Shown piece by piece: positions 36,601 through 49,940 of a DNA stretch of 64,000 nucleotides. The DNA comes from Epiperipatus broadwayi. Lineage: Eukaryota > Animalia > Onychophora. Position 1 is the first letter of the stretch. Each line of letters begins with the position of its first letter. The translations under genes were made by a program, and so were the position numbers. The stretch lies in NCBI GenBank assembly GCA_028023455.1, contig JAQFVV010000007.1:8618001-8682000 (forward strand), in the 5' to 3' direction. The notes under the pieces were generated by a model, which saw only the letters and a program-made list of their open reading frames with translations, was not told where the DNA came from and did not search any database.

Positions 36601-39129
36601 ACATTTCTGTAAAAAATAAATATGTAATAATATTTATTTTGGACTTTTAATAATTATTATATAATTACAATAGAAATATAATCATAAAATTAACAAAACA
36701 ATCAATTTTTTAGACCATCATAATATTTTCTCAACAATCATAATATTTCTGTGAAATACACTCAGCAAAATTCACGATCACCAAATAAACAATGTCTACT
36801 CATCAAACTGAAATTCAGTTTCTTTAGGATACTGATTATTCAATTTTCCCACCATCTTTTGACTTTTTTTATAATTAAAATATGAGAAAATAAATATACA
36901 TGAATTTTAAATCCAAAAAAAAAAAAAGTTTCACAAAATTTTCACCAAAGGAAAAACATAAATTTACTTTTAGAAATCTGAGACAAAGTTCTGTTGCTCA
37001 CAATATGATATGGTTAACTTGTTGATTTTACATTGCATGGTGTTTATTTGGAGATGATGCACTCAATTAATGGTATTAAATGAAGTTAATATAATATTAA
37101 TATATTAATTTTAAAAACATCTGAAAAGGTCAGTGCTTTTCAGTAATCAAGCCTCCACATAAATAATGATCTAAGCTTTTTAATCTCTGAATTCAAAATT
37201 ATTTATGAGAATATGAGATTCTGAGATTTGTGAATAGTAAAAAAAATAGGTTTTGCCTAGTTTATTAAAAATGAAGAACTATTTTCCCACAATAATTGTA
37301 TAATAATTATTTACAAACATAACAACATACATATATATTTTGATTTTGTTTGTATATTTCATTTTTAAAAATAAGAAGTTAACAAATTTAATCATAATGC
37401 TATCAAAGAAAAATATGATTATTAACATGGAAATGTATTGTGAAATAAATGAGAAACATCTTTACTAATATAATGGTAGAAATTTTTGAGATATTTTAAC
37501 TTTTAAACCTCTTTGTCTGAAAAAAAAATAATTTTAAAGTGATTTGCCACCTATTGAGAATTTTTGAAAGCTAAATACAGGTATTTTATCAAATATATTT
37601 CTATGTAAAATTTTAGTTTGAAAAAAAATCATAGATGGCCAAAAAAGCAAAAATGCTGTAAAATAAGGTTTTAGCTTCATCTTGATGAGGATCCCTTTTG
37701 TGTTTCTGATATCATCTCACATCACTAATTTTTATGACATTATTTGGAGAAAATAGTTTAAATAATCAAAAATATAATTATTTGCAAATTTATTGCAATT
37801 CAAGATTACTTTTGTACAATAATTTTGTATTAATTATTACAAATCAAGAATATTAATTATTAATAATTTATTTTGAATGGAAATATTTTATTATTAAAAG
37901 CAGAATGTTATATTTTTCAGCATTGTAAATTTATTCTGCAGGTATTTACAAGCTTAGATATTAGGTAATCAGTGCAATTAGTAACAGTGAGTGTGAAAAT
38001 ATTGTAATATTGCCAAAAATATTTTAAAAAATTAAACTTTTAAAGCATAATTAGTTAGACTTAAGAGAAACAAATATTTATTTACATTTTAAAATCAAAT
38101 GCCATATAAGGAAGATTTTGTTGATTTTTAAAATTGAAAATAATCTTCTGAGTAGTGATGACATATGAGATCTTTTATTTTGATTATGATCTCATTTTTT
38201 AAATATTTTTAGAAATAAAATGTGAATATTTACAATTTATTTCATTGTAAACAAAAATATCTATCAAATGAAGTCAAATTTATTATTTTCTGATAACTAA
38301 TAATGGTTTAATCTTAAATTTAATATTGAATGTTTACAACAAGTAAAAACAAAGAAAATAACAACTTGTGAGAGGTTTAAAATTATAAATGCAATTTTAA
38401 AATTTAGAAGAGAATTTCATAAATTTTAATAGTTTCAAATTTATTCATTTCTGTTTTAAACATAAATTTCATTTAACAATAATTTTGTTAAACTTCTGAA
38501 GTCACTAATTTAATTACTTTTCTTCACACTATTCAATAAGAAAAAAATCCATTGTTCTGATTATGTACTTAGTTTATCATTAAAATAAACATACTCACAT
38601 AAAAGATAGTTTTCTTTTTAATATTTAGCTTTATTTTAATTTAAAATTTACATTTGAATATGTTTTTTTTTGTTAATAGAAAGTCACTAGCTATTACACA
38701 TGCTTCATTGATCTATGTTCTACCCTCTCTCTCTTGAAAACTATTTCTGCTTTTGTTAGCTCAAATCTATGGTCAGTTTTCTACTGATGGTCTGTAAATA
38801 TTGATGGGTGTTCTTTGTCTCTAAGATCTCTATGATTTAAAAATATTTATGTTGGGCAAATCTTGTTGACAGGTTGGCCCTTTACTCCATATGCAGCATT
38901 ACAAGCTGATTGGCTACACTTAATTTTATAGCCTACCTAATGTGCCATGAAGTAAATATATTGAAAGTATGCTAGGAGTAATAAAGTGAAATATTTAAAA
39001 AATTACCTTTCTGTGAGTATATTCATCTTACCTGATATTATGATGGCTCAGAAAAAAAGAAAATTAGTAACAATTGAATTACTTTATCATTATTTTTTCA
39101 ATATTTTCAAACTCCAAATATGAGGGGTT

Positions 39130-39270
39130 AGTATTCTTCAGGAGTTGCTGGCCTAACCAATGACAATATTAATATAGGAGTCAAAACACCTTTAGATTTT
39201 TAGACATCAAATTTTTAAGTCAATGCTCTAACTAACTGAGCTTCTAATGTTGTGTAATTACTAACCTGTC
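39130..39270. mobile_element. Family E deleted copy
   Basis: CTTCAGGAGTTGCTGGCCTAACC...ACACCTTTAGATT..TTTTAAGTCAATGC matches 9385-9500; its reverse complement retains CUGAAGA. Confidence 0.6.
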
Positions 39271-41559
39271 CAAATATGATGGTTTAGAATGTTGTTTTTT
39301 TGTTCATAAACTTATATTTTTAACAAATCAAATCCAATGTATTGAATTATAATATAGAATAAAAATCTAATACTACAATCAAATGATGAACATTGGTAAA
39401 AATTGTCAACAGGGCTAACAATAAAAAATGTCAACTAATTAAAGGGTTAAAAGTTTTGATAAATATAAAGAAATTTTCAAGGAACTATTATATGCCTATT
39501 TGCATAATTGAACATTTTGTTATTGCTCATGGCTTTTTGGAAGATTTGACAATATATTTATTAATACATGAGATCGCATGATATGATTAATAATTGCATA
39601 AAAATATATACACATGAAAATAATGTACTAAGTTGTTTACATTAAAAATCTATCATTACTTTATAAAAGCTTCTATGAAATCTGCAAGCATACTTAAATT
39701 AATTTAAATTTCTTCTTCTAACATTAAAAGGCAATTTTAAACTAATTTTAACAAGTTTAAATTCGGATTAATTTTCATTTAAAACAAAAAAACAAACAGT
39801 CAATCTACAATATTGTTTTTAAATTTCTTACACTCAAGACTAAAAGCTCTCTTAATTTAGATTTATAAAATGTTAGATCAAAGATCAATTAAAAGTTTAA
39901 TAAACTTTAGTCATTATTTAAAATCATTTAATTGTAAATATTTGAAAAATTTATGATATGAGAATAATTTGTTAATTTGGTTTTATATTAAAATGTTTGT
40001 TTTATATTTCAAATAGAATATATTTTGTGAAATTACTAAAATCTCAGTGCATATAAATTATTATTATTGTAATCAAGAATCTTGTGAAATAAATATACCT
40101 ATTTGTAAAAACAGAAATATGGAAATAAAGATAACATTCTATATTTTTTTGATAATAGTATTAATACAATTTGATAATATTAATTACAAGTAATAAAATA
40201 GTCATACTTTTTACAGAATATTTTAGATATTAATCATAAATAACATGCTTGGTACAATATTTTGATACATTTATATTAAGTATAATTCCAAACTCTCTAA
40301 GTTTGGTGGTATTCAACAAATTTTATATCTATTGCCTGATGTCTACAAGCATGTAGATGTGTGTATAAAAATATTATATATAATATTTATTGGAATTAAC
40401 ATTCCAGTAAACATAAGTTATAGTGGAATATTATTTATTATGATCATTATAAAACATGCATTACCTACATAATGCATCCAATGGATATCCTGCCATGTAT
40501 ATATTTATTGAAATACTACTATAACAATATATATATATATAATGATAAAGCAACTTACTTTAAATTAATAAAACAGCCTATGTTAAAAGTGTATGACCAA
40601 ACATTGTTTATAAGACTTTGTGACAGAGATACCAACTTAACAGCTAGATTTCAGGCTTCTATAGCAATCAAGCTTAAATAATCTCAATAGCATAAATCAA
40701 TTGGGATTGTTTAAACCTAGATGGAAGCATCTAAGAGTAATCCAAGAAGATGAAAATAAAAGATTTTACTCCTCTATTGGAAAGCAGACAGACTTTGCAT
40801 TTGTCTATCACAAGCATTTTTGAAAACATAAAACCGAAAAACAATTTTATACATAATTTGTTTACTTTTTGTAAAACTATTAAATATTAGTTTATTAGTA
40901 AGTATGTAATATTTACAATTATAGTTTTATTTGAACCTATTTGTTGTTGTTTTTTTTAAAATTAATTATGTCAGACAAAAATGTTTACTATTATTAACTA
41001 TATTATTTCTAGCTTTTTTAAAAATTAAAAGTTGATTTTTAATATTTCAATGCATTACTGAAATTTGTCTTAAATAGAACAGATTTAATGGTGAATATTT
41101 TTTTAAAATCCTTTTTTAATCTGAAGGCTGAAACAAAGACATTTAATTTGATTATTTATTTGTTTATTATTCTTTTTTTATTTGCAAAGATATTATATTA
41201 TTTTTTAGGTCACTGCCATATTTTTGAACTTATACTTTTAACAAAATTTGCCAAAAACATAAGTATTTTACAAAGAAAATTTTTCCAATAAAAATACAAT
41301 TTAAGAGGAAAACAAAAGATACCAATTTATGCCATTAGTGTGTGAGCACAAACAAATTAATTAAAAGATTAATATCTTACATAACTGTGACTGATGCTAT
41401 GAGTATATTTGTTTAAATACCATTCAGGATCCATTTTATAATAAAATATCTGTATGCATTACAACAAATATTAATGATCATTGAACTATATATGGATTCA
41501 GTCACAACTATTCAGGTAAAAATTCAAAACCTGACTGATATTTTGATGCAATAGACTTT

Positions 41560-42310
41560 TGTTTTAAAATAAATTTATTAAACATAGTAACATGGTAATA
41601 TACAATTAAACTTTATAAAAAATTACACAGCATTCAGAATGAAACTTGAAAAGGTCAATGCAGAGAAAAGATATCTTAATAAGGCTAAGAGGAAAACAAA
41701 ACTTTCACTCAAGTATCATCATGTAGACTCACAAGCGAAAGCAGAGAGTCTCGCTGCTTGACTTGGTCAAGAAGCTTGATAAAGACAGTTAGAGTCAAGG
41801 CCTGAGAATGACCAAAGATGAGCCTGCAATGCATCAACCATAAAGAAAATGCTATAAAGATAGATAATTTTGTTGCTATAAAAGATCCCTTCTTGAGAGT
41901 ATTACTAACAGAAAAAGCATCCCTAAGATCCAGAGAGACATTCACCACAATAAAGTCCCTAATCGACTTAAGAGCAGGACATATATAGAAAATATGGTGT
42001 ATTGTCTCATCATACAATCTACACAACTGACACTGAGACGAAATACTAATGAAGCCTCTGCTGGTCACTAAAAAATAACTTGTTGGAAGAGCATTTAAAT
42101 TCAGATTAAGTACAAAATCAACATGTCTTGCTTCAATAAAAAGAAGTTTCATTTTATGCAAGAGTACTTTACTTGAAACACCTAATGAAGTCAAAGAGGA
42201 GTATAATGTGGAAATTTTCCATCAAGGGCAACTTGAACTGAGGGTATCAACTTAATAACCGACTTCCATAAATCAGCAATCCAATAACTTGAAAATGGAG
42301 CATTTAACAT
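41560..42310 (-). mobile_element. L1/Tx1-like LINE 3' fragment (161-aa ORF 41709-42194 with a zf-RVT-like motif)
   Basis: CQLCRLYDETIHHIFYICP followed by SLWLMHCRLIF; AATAAA and an A-rich end downstream. Confidence 0.75.
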
Positions 42311-43289
42311 TCCACTGTTCTGTTTGTTTGAGAGCATTTAGTCATTGTTCATTACATATTATTTATGTGTGTACATGTGTGGGTATGTCACATGACTATA
42401 ATTCTAACTAACTTTTGAAATTATATTTTATTTTTGAAAAAAGCACATCTTGTGTAGCTAAAACTTGTATGTGTATCACGATTATAAGTGTAGCATAATT
42501 GTTGAATATATGTTATCTTCAAACAAAATATGTTTCTTGTGAAGATACCATTGGTTCTCTTGCAGTGTGGTTCCACTTAATTATATGCATATTTAATAAC
42601 ATTTAAAATATTTTCTGATTTTGTACTATTATTACTTATTGATGAGTAACGAACATTTGTTTTTGACACAGATGTTGTAATGCAAAAGAAAATAATAGAT
42701 ATACCAAACACCCAACACACACTTTTAATAATGTCAGTCACTTTAATTTCACATTTGTATTTGTTTAAATATACATAATCATTATTTATCTAGGATTTAA
42801 TTATGATATTAAGAATCTTTTTCTAGTTGTTGCTAAGCAATTATAAATAAGAGGCATTATTGTTGAACTATATGTGTAATTATATATATACGCTTTATAT
42901 TGTTGTTTTTTTTTATGAATTACTCTTTTTTTCTTCCAATTTTAGGCAGTAATGCATTCTTCATATGAATGGGAACAGACAGGTGCATAATGTCTTATCA
43001 AGGTAAAGAAATGTAATGCTAAGTTTTAGTAGGATTTTTTTCTTTAAAGTCACAACCACTCACCTGATCATTTTATACAAGATTAAAATAAAGTAAAAAT
43101 ATTAATTAAAAAAAGCTTATCTGAAAAGTTTCAAATTAGTAAAAAAAAAAAACCTCTTCTCTTGACTACAAATCCTATAATATTCAGAGCATTGCTCTTG
43201 ATATTTATGCATGTTCATGTTTAATTTGAGAAATCTTACATAACAACACAATCTTTGACTTGCCCTTCAAGTATTTTTTTACAGTTAGT

Positions 43290-43685
43290 TTATGACTTAA
43301 AGTCAACATGGGCATCACAATAATATTGGCATCAACTAGGAATTTGAGCATTTTATCATCCAATTCTCAATGGTATGGATGGCTAAAAAGTTGGAGGGTG
43401 TAGTAGATTGAAGTCAGACCATTAAAGTTTGAAGATTTGCTATCTTAAAACCGGGCACTGATTACATATATGTGTGTATGCAAAATAATTATTTGGATAA
43501 ATTGATGAGACACAAAATACGTATATTGGAGATAATTTATTTTTTCCACATGTATGTGGTCATGTGTATCGGTTGTACGAGATAGAGTCAATAGCTGAAG
43601 AGTGCTTGAAAGTCTGTGTTCAAATCCTCTACAATTATATCTAATTTCTAAGTGTATTAAGTTATACTTGTATTCTAATATTATT
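43290..43685 (+). mobile_element. Family D unit with a collapsed HHR (about 43497-43529)
   Basis: TTGATGAGACACAAAATACGTATATTGG (stem II deleted); flanks match family D. Confidence 0.75.
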
Positions 43686-44453
43686 TACAATGAGTAAAAC
43701 AACGTCATTTTCAGCCACTAGATATCATATTTACAAGAATGCTTGATAGTATGTTAAAGTGCATTTAATGTTTCTGAAGATGAGCTAACTAACAAAACGA
43801 ACAAAAATTAAAAACCTTAATCAACGCATAAAAAGACCACTTAGCAGCAATATTGTAGCATCTTGTATTTAGGGTTAATTATAAACAAAGACCTCGGGAA
43901 ATTGATTTAGTTTTAATAAAAATCTGTGGCAAAAAAAGGTTCCTGATTTGATTCTAGAATAAGAAAAAAAATGTCAGCATTACCGATTAGGTGAAACTAT
44001 CATACATTAGCATTTCGATATTTGGACACCACGACTTGTTAAGCAAAGACTAAATATTCACCTTATTCCTGAGAATAAATTGTTTTGTTATGCCACTTCG
44101 GGATTGAAATGTCCAAATAAGGTTCAGCACAATTGCGGACTCAAGAGAAGAAAGAAACTTGAATTAAGGTTTAAACTCTCACTTGTGCTCAAATGTCAAT
44201 TAATCCTCCAAGCAAGTGACCAAATGAAGTTTATTAATTGTAAAGCAAGAATATTTAATATATATATTTCTTTTGTTGAAAATTATTTCAATTTGTAATA
44301 TAGAATTCTAAGCTATAATATAAAACGAACTTCATCAAGCTAATAATTTATTAAACAATTGAACTAAAACAAATAGTTGTAATTTTATTTAATTATTTAA
44401 CAACTTAAAATATCACTTACATTTTTTTCCCGTAAATAAAAAGTTAAAACTTG

Positions 44454-44467
44454 GTTGTCATGGCAAT
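44454..44467. promoter_or_regulatory. RFX X-box-like motif
   Basis: GTTGTCATGGCAAT has 2 mismatches to GTTGCCATGGCAAC and lies just upstream of a minus-strand GTAAGT donor near 44420. Confidence 0.3.
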
Positions 44468-45555
44468 ATATTCATTTTTTACATATCCAAATATTTATAT
44501 ATAGCCTTTAGAAATAAAAAAAACTATAATAAATATTATTTGTTAAAACTTCTTTTTAAATTTTTTTCCCTTTTATCTTTTTTTTTTTTTAAAGTGACAT
44601 AGATTTTTTTTTTTATTATTTAATGTTTACTATTATAATATAGAAAATGTTTAAGTTTAATAAAGTTACTTTTTTTAAAAAAAATCAACATGTTAATCAT
44701 GGAGATATTAAAAAGTTTTACAAAAAAGATGTAAATCATATGCAAAGTGGAATTTTTTTTCAGAAAGTAAACACTATATACAATTTTTAACTTATTAAAT
44801 AAAATACATTTCCCAGAAAATTCAGCTGATTAAACAATAAATATTCAATATATAAATTATATTTCACGAATTTATTTTCTTTACAAATCTTATTTATTAT
44901 ATGAACAAAAATAAATTTTGAAAATAGTCATCATATAGCTAAAACGTATGTGGATCTGCATAACATATATATATGTAAAAAAAATTTAGTTCATATAATA
45001 AACAAGAAAATTAGTAAATGAAATATAATTTAGATATTGCAATTCGTAGGCTACTTTTGAAATTAAAACAAAAAAGTATTTATTTATTTAACGAATAATT
45101 ATTATTTTATTGAAGTATATAAATGATATCAAATAAAGTATATAACAAAAGAGACTGAAAAAGAAAAAATTAGAAATAAAAATTCTAAAAAAAAGCAATC
45201 TCTTAAAATGTGTGGGTGCTTACATGTACTAGAATTTATTTAATTTTAAAGACCTACAGAGGTCCCTAGTGACGATTTTTTCAGACGCTCATTGCTAAGG
45301 TTTACAGCCTTGTTAAAACTATTACTGAAATAATAGTGAGCGTTTAATAAATTTATAATTACAACTTTAATTTTAAATCAAAAATGCTGAGAGAGAAAAA
45401 TCTAATTATGTAATAATTTAAAGTATCCCAAACAATTAACTCAGAGTACTAGATAAAATTGAATTAAATAAAAGTTAAAACAATTTATTATTTTATTTAT
45501 GAACAATATTTTTATTTATTTTAGAATATGTACTAAAAAAAATTTCTGATCAGTT

Positions 45556-46860
45556 ATGATGTGATGTGATGGACTGTGATTTCTTCTTATACGAGCCAGA
45601 AATCGCTCAGCAACTGTGCCCAGAGAAACCTGTTAGCCACTTTGACTTCCCTTTCGATTCCCCACCCATGTTTTTCCATATTTTTTTCTATCCTGCTCCA
45701 TCCCATTTCCACAACATAATCTTTGTCAACTCCATGACCTTTATATCTAAATCCCCCTTGTCTTTTCCCAACCCCAGCATAAAAACCAATAAGCCACTTT
45801 CTGTATAATCACTTTGTTTATATTTATTCTTCCACAACTTCATTATTTGTATCCTTTCTGCTTTTGGGCATTTACATTCAATTAGCAGATGCCTAATATT
45901 TTCTATGTCTTCCTTACTTGCAGACTAAATAACACACATTTTTCCATTTACATGTATATTCTCATTGCTAAAGATCCCATTTGAGCCTTAAACAATAAAA
46001 TATTTTCCTTGCTATTATCATAAATTAATTCACACCCAATATTCTGCTTACTTCTATATATATTTAACTCTTTTGACTCTCCGTACTAGATCTCCATCTC
46101 TCCAACTCTCTATTCTTTATTAATGGATATATTCTTCTATCCCATTCCTTACCACTATAACCCTCAACAATTCTCTAACACAATCATCTCACCTTTTGTA
46201 GAAGTATGCTGACATAAATTCTTTATCCAAATCTTCTGCATATTGCATTACCTTTCTCACCCATGCTTTTATTCATAACCCAATTAAATATTATTTTGGC
46301 TATTCTTTTATTATCCATAAACTGCAATCTACCGAACATTTTCATTTTGCCTTTTGCATCTCATATAAAAATGTGACCATCCCATTTATCATTGAATTGC
46401 CTCCTTTGCCATCCACACTTCTCCATCTAATGCATGTCTTCCTACTTCTCTTTGTATTTTTTCTAAAGTAATTTAATACCCCTTTGCTAATACATAATGC
46501 ATAATTACCACATGTTAAGCCTGCTACTGCCACTCCCATACAATTCCAGCTACATCATATTTATTATATGATAACAATAGTAATTTCTTTATCATTCCCT
46601 TTCTTTTCTTTGCTTCATTTATCAATTTTTTCTCCCATTCACCCAAGCAATTTTTCTGATTACTTAAGACAATTCCCAAATACTTATATCTATTCACCAT
46701 ACTTAACTTTATATATCCCAATAAAAATTCTTTGTTCTCTCTCTCCCGGTATTAATCATCATTACTTTTGATTTTTCTTCAATAAATTTAATACCCATCT
46801 TTTTACCCACCTTTGTTCATGTCCTCAGCATAACTTCTATATCTTCCCTTCTAACATGGT
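45556..46860 (-). mobile_element. Decayed non-LTR retrotransposon 3' part (RT thumb to CCHC)
   Basis: MGIKFIEEKSKVMM, YKYLGIVLS and a C..HLLIEC knuckle in order; (CATCA)n-like tail. Confidence 0.7.
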
Positions 46861-48494
46861 TTCCAATGATAGTGCCAGCTGTAGAAAGTCTACTGAAGCT
46901 TAATTCAACATTATACATACTAAAATATATAAATAATAGAATATAATGTTCTAATTATTTATCTAGTGCATAGGCAGTATATAACTATGAAGAGAAATGG
47001 CTTTAACATTTTTCACAGTCACTTTAAATGTTTATAGTATCCACATAGTGCAGTTGTTATCTTTATAAAGTCCCTATCTTGTGTTTAGGTTTGAGATCCC
47101 TCTATACTCAAACAAAACTATGCCATTTGGCTATTATAAATGTTTAAAACACCAGTAAAAAAGCTTAAAACCTTTTCTCTTTATAAATAATAGAATACTA
47201 CCTATTTACCATAAAAAAGTTTGTTATTAACAATAGACAATCCTTTGACTCTTCAAATTTTAAAGAAATTGAGTAAAACAACTTCCTAAAGTGTAGTCAT
47301 ACATTCTTGTCATTATGACATAAATGCCTGTTTTTAATAAAGCATCACATTAAGGTATAAGCAGTTTTTATTTTATCACAATATTTTGTTTTTGTAGAAC
47401 TGTTCTGTAGAAGTGCAATACAGAGATATGCTGTAAAATAAAATCTCAGAATCTCTACCGTAGCAAGACTGGCTGAGATGTTTTTTTTTATTTTATATGA
47501 TATTAACATTATAGCAAACTAACAAATGACCTTCAGTCATGGAGATATCTGAAAATTAAATCAAGATTGACAGTATTATCAAAAAATGGTTAGACTTACA
47601 CAAGACACACTGCAATCAAAATTTCACATCTACTAAAATGGTCATTTGCTAATGCAAATGATCCCTAGGTTAGTGCAGTGGGTGGCAGTCAAATTCTGGA
47701 GTACAAAATCCCCAAATTAATTATACAGTTTTGACAATTCCAATACCTACATTTCTTACAAATTTCTGAGTAATAAAACCATTTGATTATTCACTTAGAG
47801 CCATGATGATAGAAAATGGTGCATAATGGCTTACTCTCATAACAAAAATTTGCATTACCAATACTGGCCTGAGACTGAAATCAATTATTAAATATGCTCT
47901 TGACAAATATTTATATATAGATTTAAAAAATGTAGAAGTGTAATAAAAAGCATATGGAAAAACTAGAAAATAAAATCTTTACATCACCAGAAAAATATTG
48001 AGAATAACTCTTGAATCAACCAGCAGTTTCAGCTTTTAAAAAAACACTAAATCAGAAAACATATAAGCACATAACCAACTTGTGAATAAGATTACTATGT
48101 CTAAGTAGTAATAGAATCAGTTGAGAATTAGGATGATAAAGTGATACATCTGGCCTATTTTACTATAGTAGGCTAGAATATCAAAAAAAGGCATTTAAAT
48201 GTAATGTGTAAAAATAATGTTAGACACAAAATAGATTAATTGTAAAGTACTGTAGTTGGGATGTACAACATACAGAATATAAATGCCCACATATAAACAA
48301 ATCTTGAAGTTAAAAATTGTGAAAAGAAATAACAGAAAAAAGAATAATTGACATTCTATAATATTTTAAATTCATGAAATTGAAATAGTGGTACGATCTT
48401 GATAGCTAGCTGTTCTTTTCCCAATCAAAAAAAAAAAAAAGAACCTTTTGAACAAATAGAAGATACATAGAGAATAATATAACTTAAATCCGTA

Positions 48495-49001
48495 TTTTTT
48501 AATAGCTGCATACTTAGATGGAGTAGTTTTGATATAAATAATTTAATATTAAAAGGAAATATGTCTAGATGTGTGAAAAAAATTAGTATATATGTCTAAA
48601 CAATTCTCACATATGGAGCTAAGACATGGGCAGTTAACAGAAAAATCATACAGAAATTTCAGAACACTCAACAATGAATAGAGAAATATATTTTAAAAGT
48701 AATAAAAAATATTTAAAATGTAAAACTTGGGTGAGATTATAGAAAGAATTAATGATTGTAAGAGTCCTGAGCTGAACATTGTTAGAAGAGATAATAATGA
48801 ATAGAAAATAAAAATCTTAAATTAGATCTCATTAGATTGTATAAAACCTAGAAAGAGACTACATGTGTGGAGGGTGAATTAAATAAGGAAAATTTGCTGG
48901 TGCAATATGGAGAAAAGTGGTTGTGGATTAGAAAAACTGGATTAAACTAGGAGACATCTTCATCATGCAAAGGACTAATTGTAGTTAAAAATGATGATGA
49001 T
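48495..49001 (+). mobile_element. RTE-clade LINE 3' fragment
   Basis: Collinear with 30150-30674 (TYGAKTW motif, conserved 3' end, GAT tail). Confidence 0.65.
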
Positions 49002-49029
49002 AAATAACCAATATATACCTATATATTAT

Positions 49030-49940
49030 AAGGGACATGAATTCAGACTGTCAAACTCCCTACAGCTACCCAATCCATCTCATAAACCAATCACATGACC
49101 ACATACATGTGAAAAAGATAAATGATCTCTAATATACATATTACATGTTGAACCAGCACTAATTAGTTGGTCCAAATCATCATCTTCCACAGTTCTCAGT
49201 TTACATTAAGGTAGTAAATCTTCAAACTTGAATCAACAAATTTCAATCTTCTTCATTCTCCAACCCTCCAGCCATCCATATCATTGAAAGCCTGATGATG
49301 TAATGGTCAAAGACCTTGATGATGTCAATATTGTTGTAATACCCATGTTGACTTTAAGCCAATCTGAACCCTTACTCATAGGATCTTAATATATCTATTT
49401 AATTATACAAAAGAAGGATGGGCAGAATACAGGTTAGATATGTAATATTTAAATACATATATATTTTCTATACTAATTATATGGAACTTGATCTCTGACG
49501 TTCAGTATGCATTCTACCCATAATACACATATTAAGGTACTATGTATGAGGAGTCAGATTGACTTAAGGTCAACATGGGTATAACAATAATATTGATATC
49601 AGCAAGGGCTTTGAACATTACATTTTCAGATTTTCAATGATATGTATGGCTGAAGAGTTGGAAAGTGGAGAAGATTGAAGTTTGTCCATTAAAGTTTGAA
49701 GATTTGCTATCTTAATATAAACTGAACATTGATTGTGTATATGTGTGGGAGATGATCATCTGGACCAACTGATGAGTGCTGGTGGAGATTATTTATCTTT
49801 TTCACATGTATGTGATCTTGTGTATATGTTGAATAAGATAAATTGGATAGCTGAAGGGAGTTAGAAAGTATGAGATCATGTACCTTATAATTACATTAAC
49901 TTTAGTATAGAAAATATACATGTATTTAAATATTATATAT
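49030..49940. mobile_element. Family D fold-back element (about 450-bp arms) with degenerate HHRs
   Basis: Left arm has a mutated core (CUAAUUA). Right arm retains CCAA-CUGAUGA-GUGCUGG near 49764-49782 with the 3' half deleted. Confidence 0.8.

Noticed and set aside
43773-43800. CTGAAGATGAGCTAAC.. PLE-terminus-like string
   Set aside because: No closing stem II and no GAAA.
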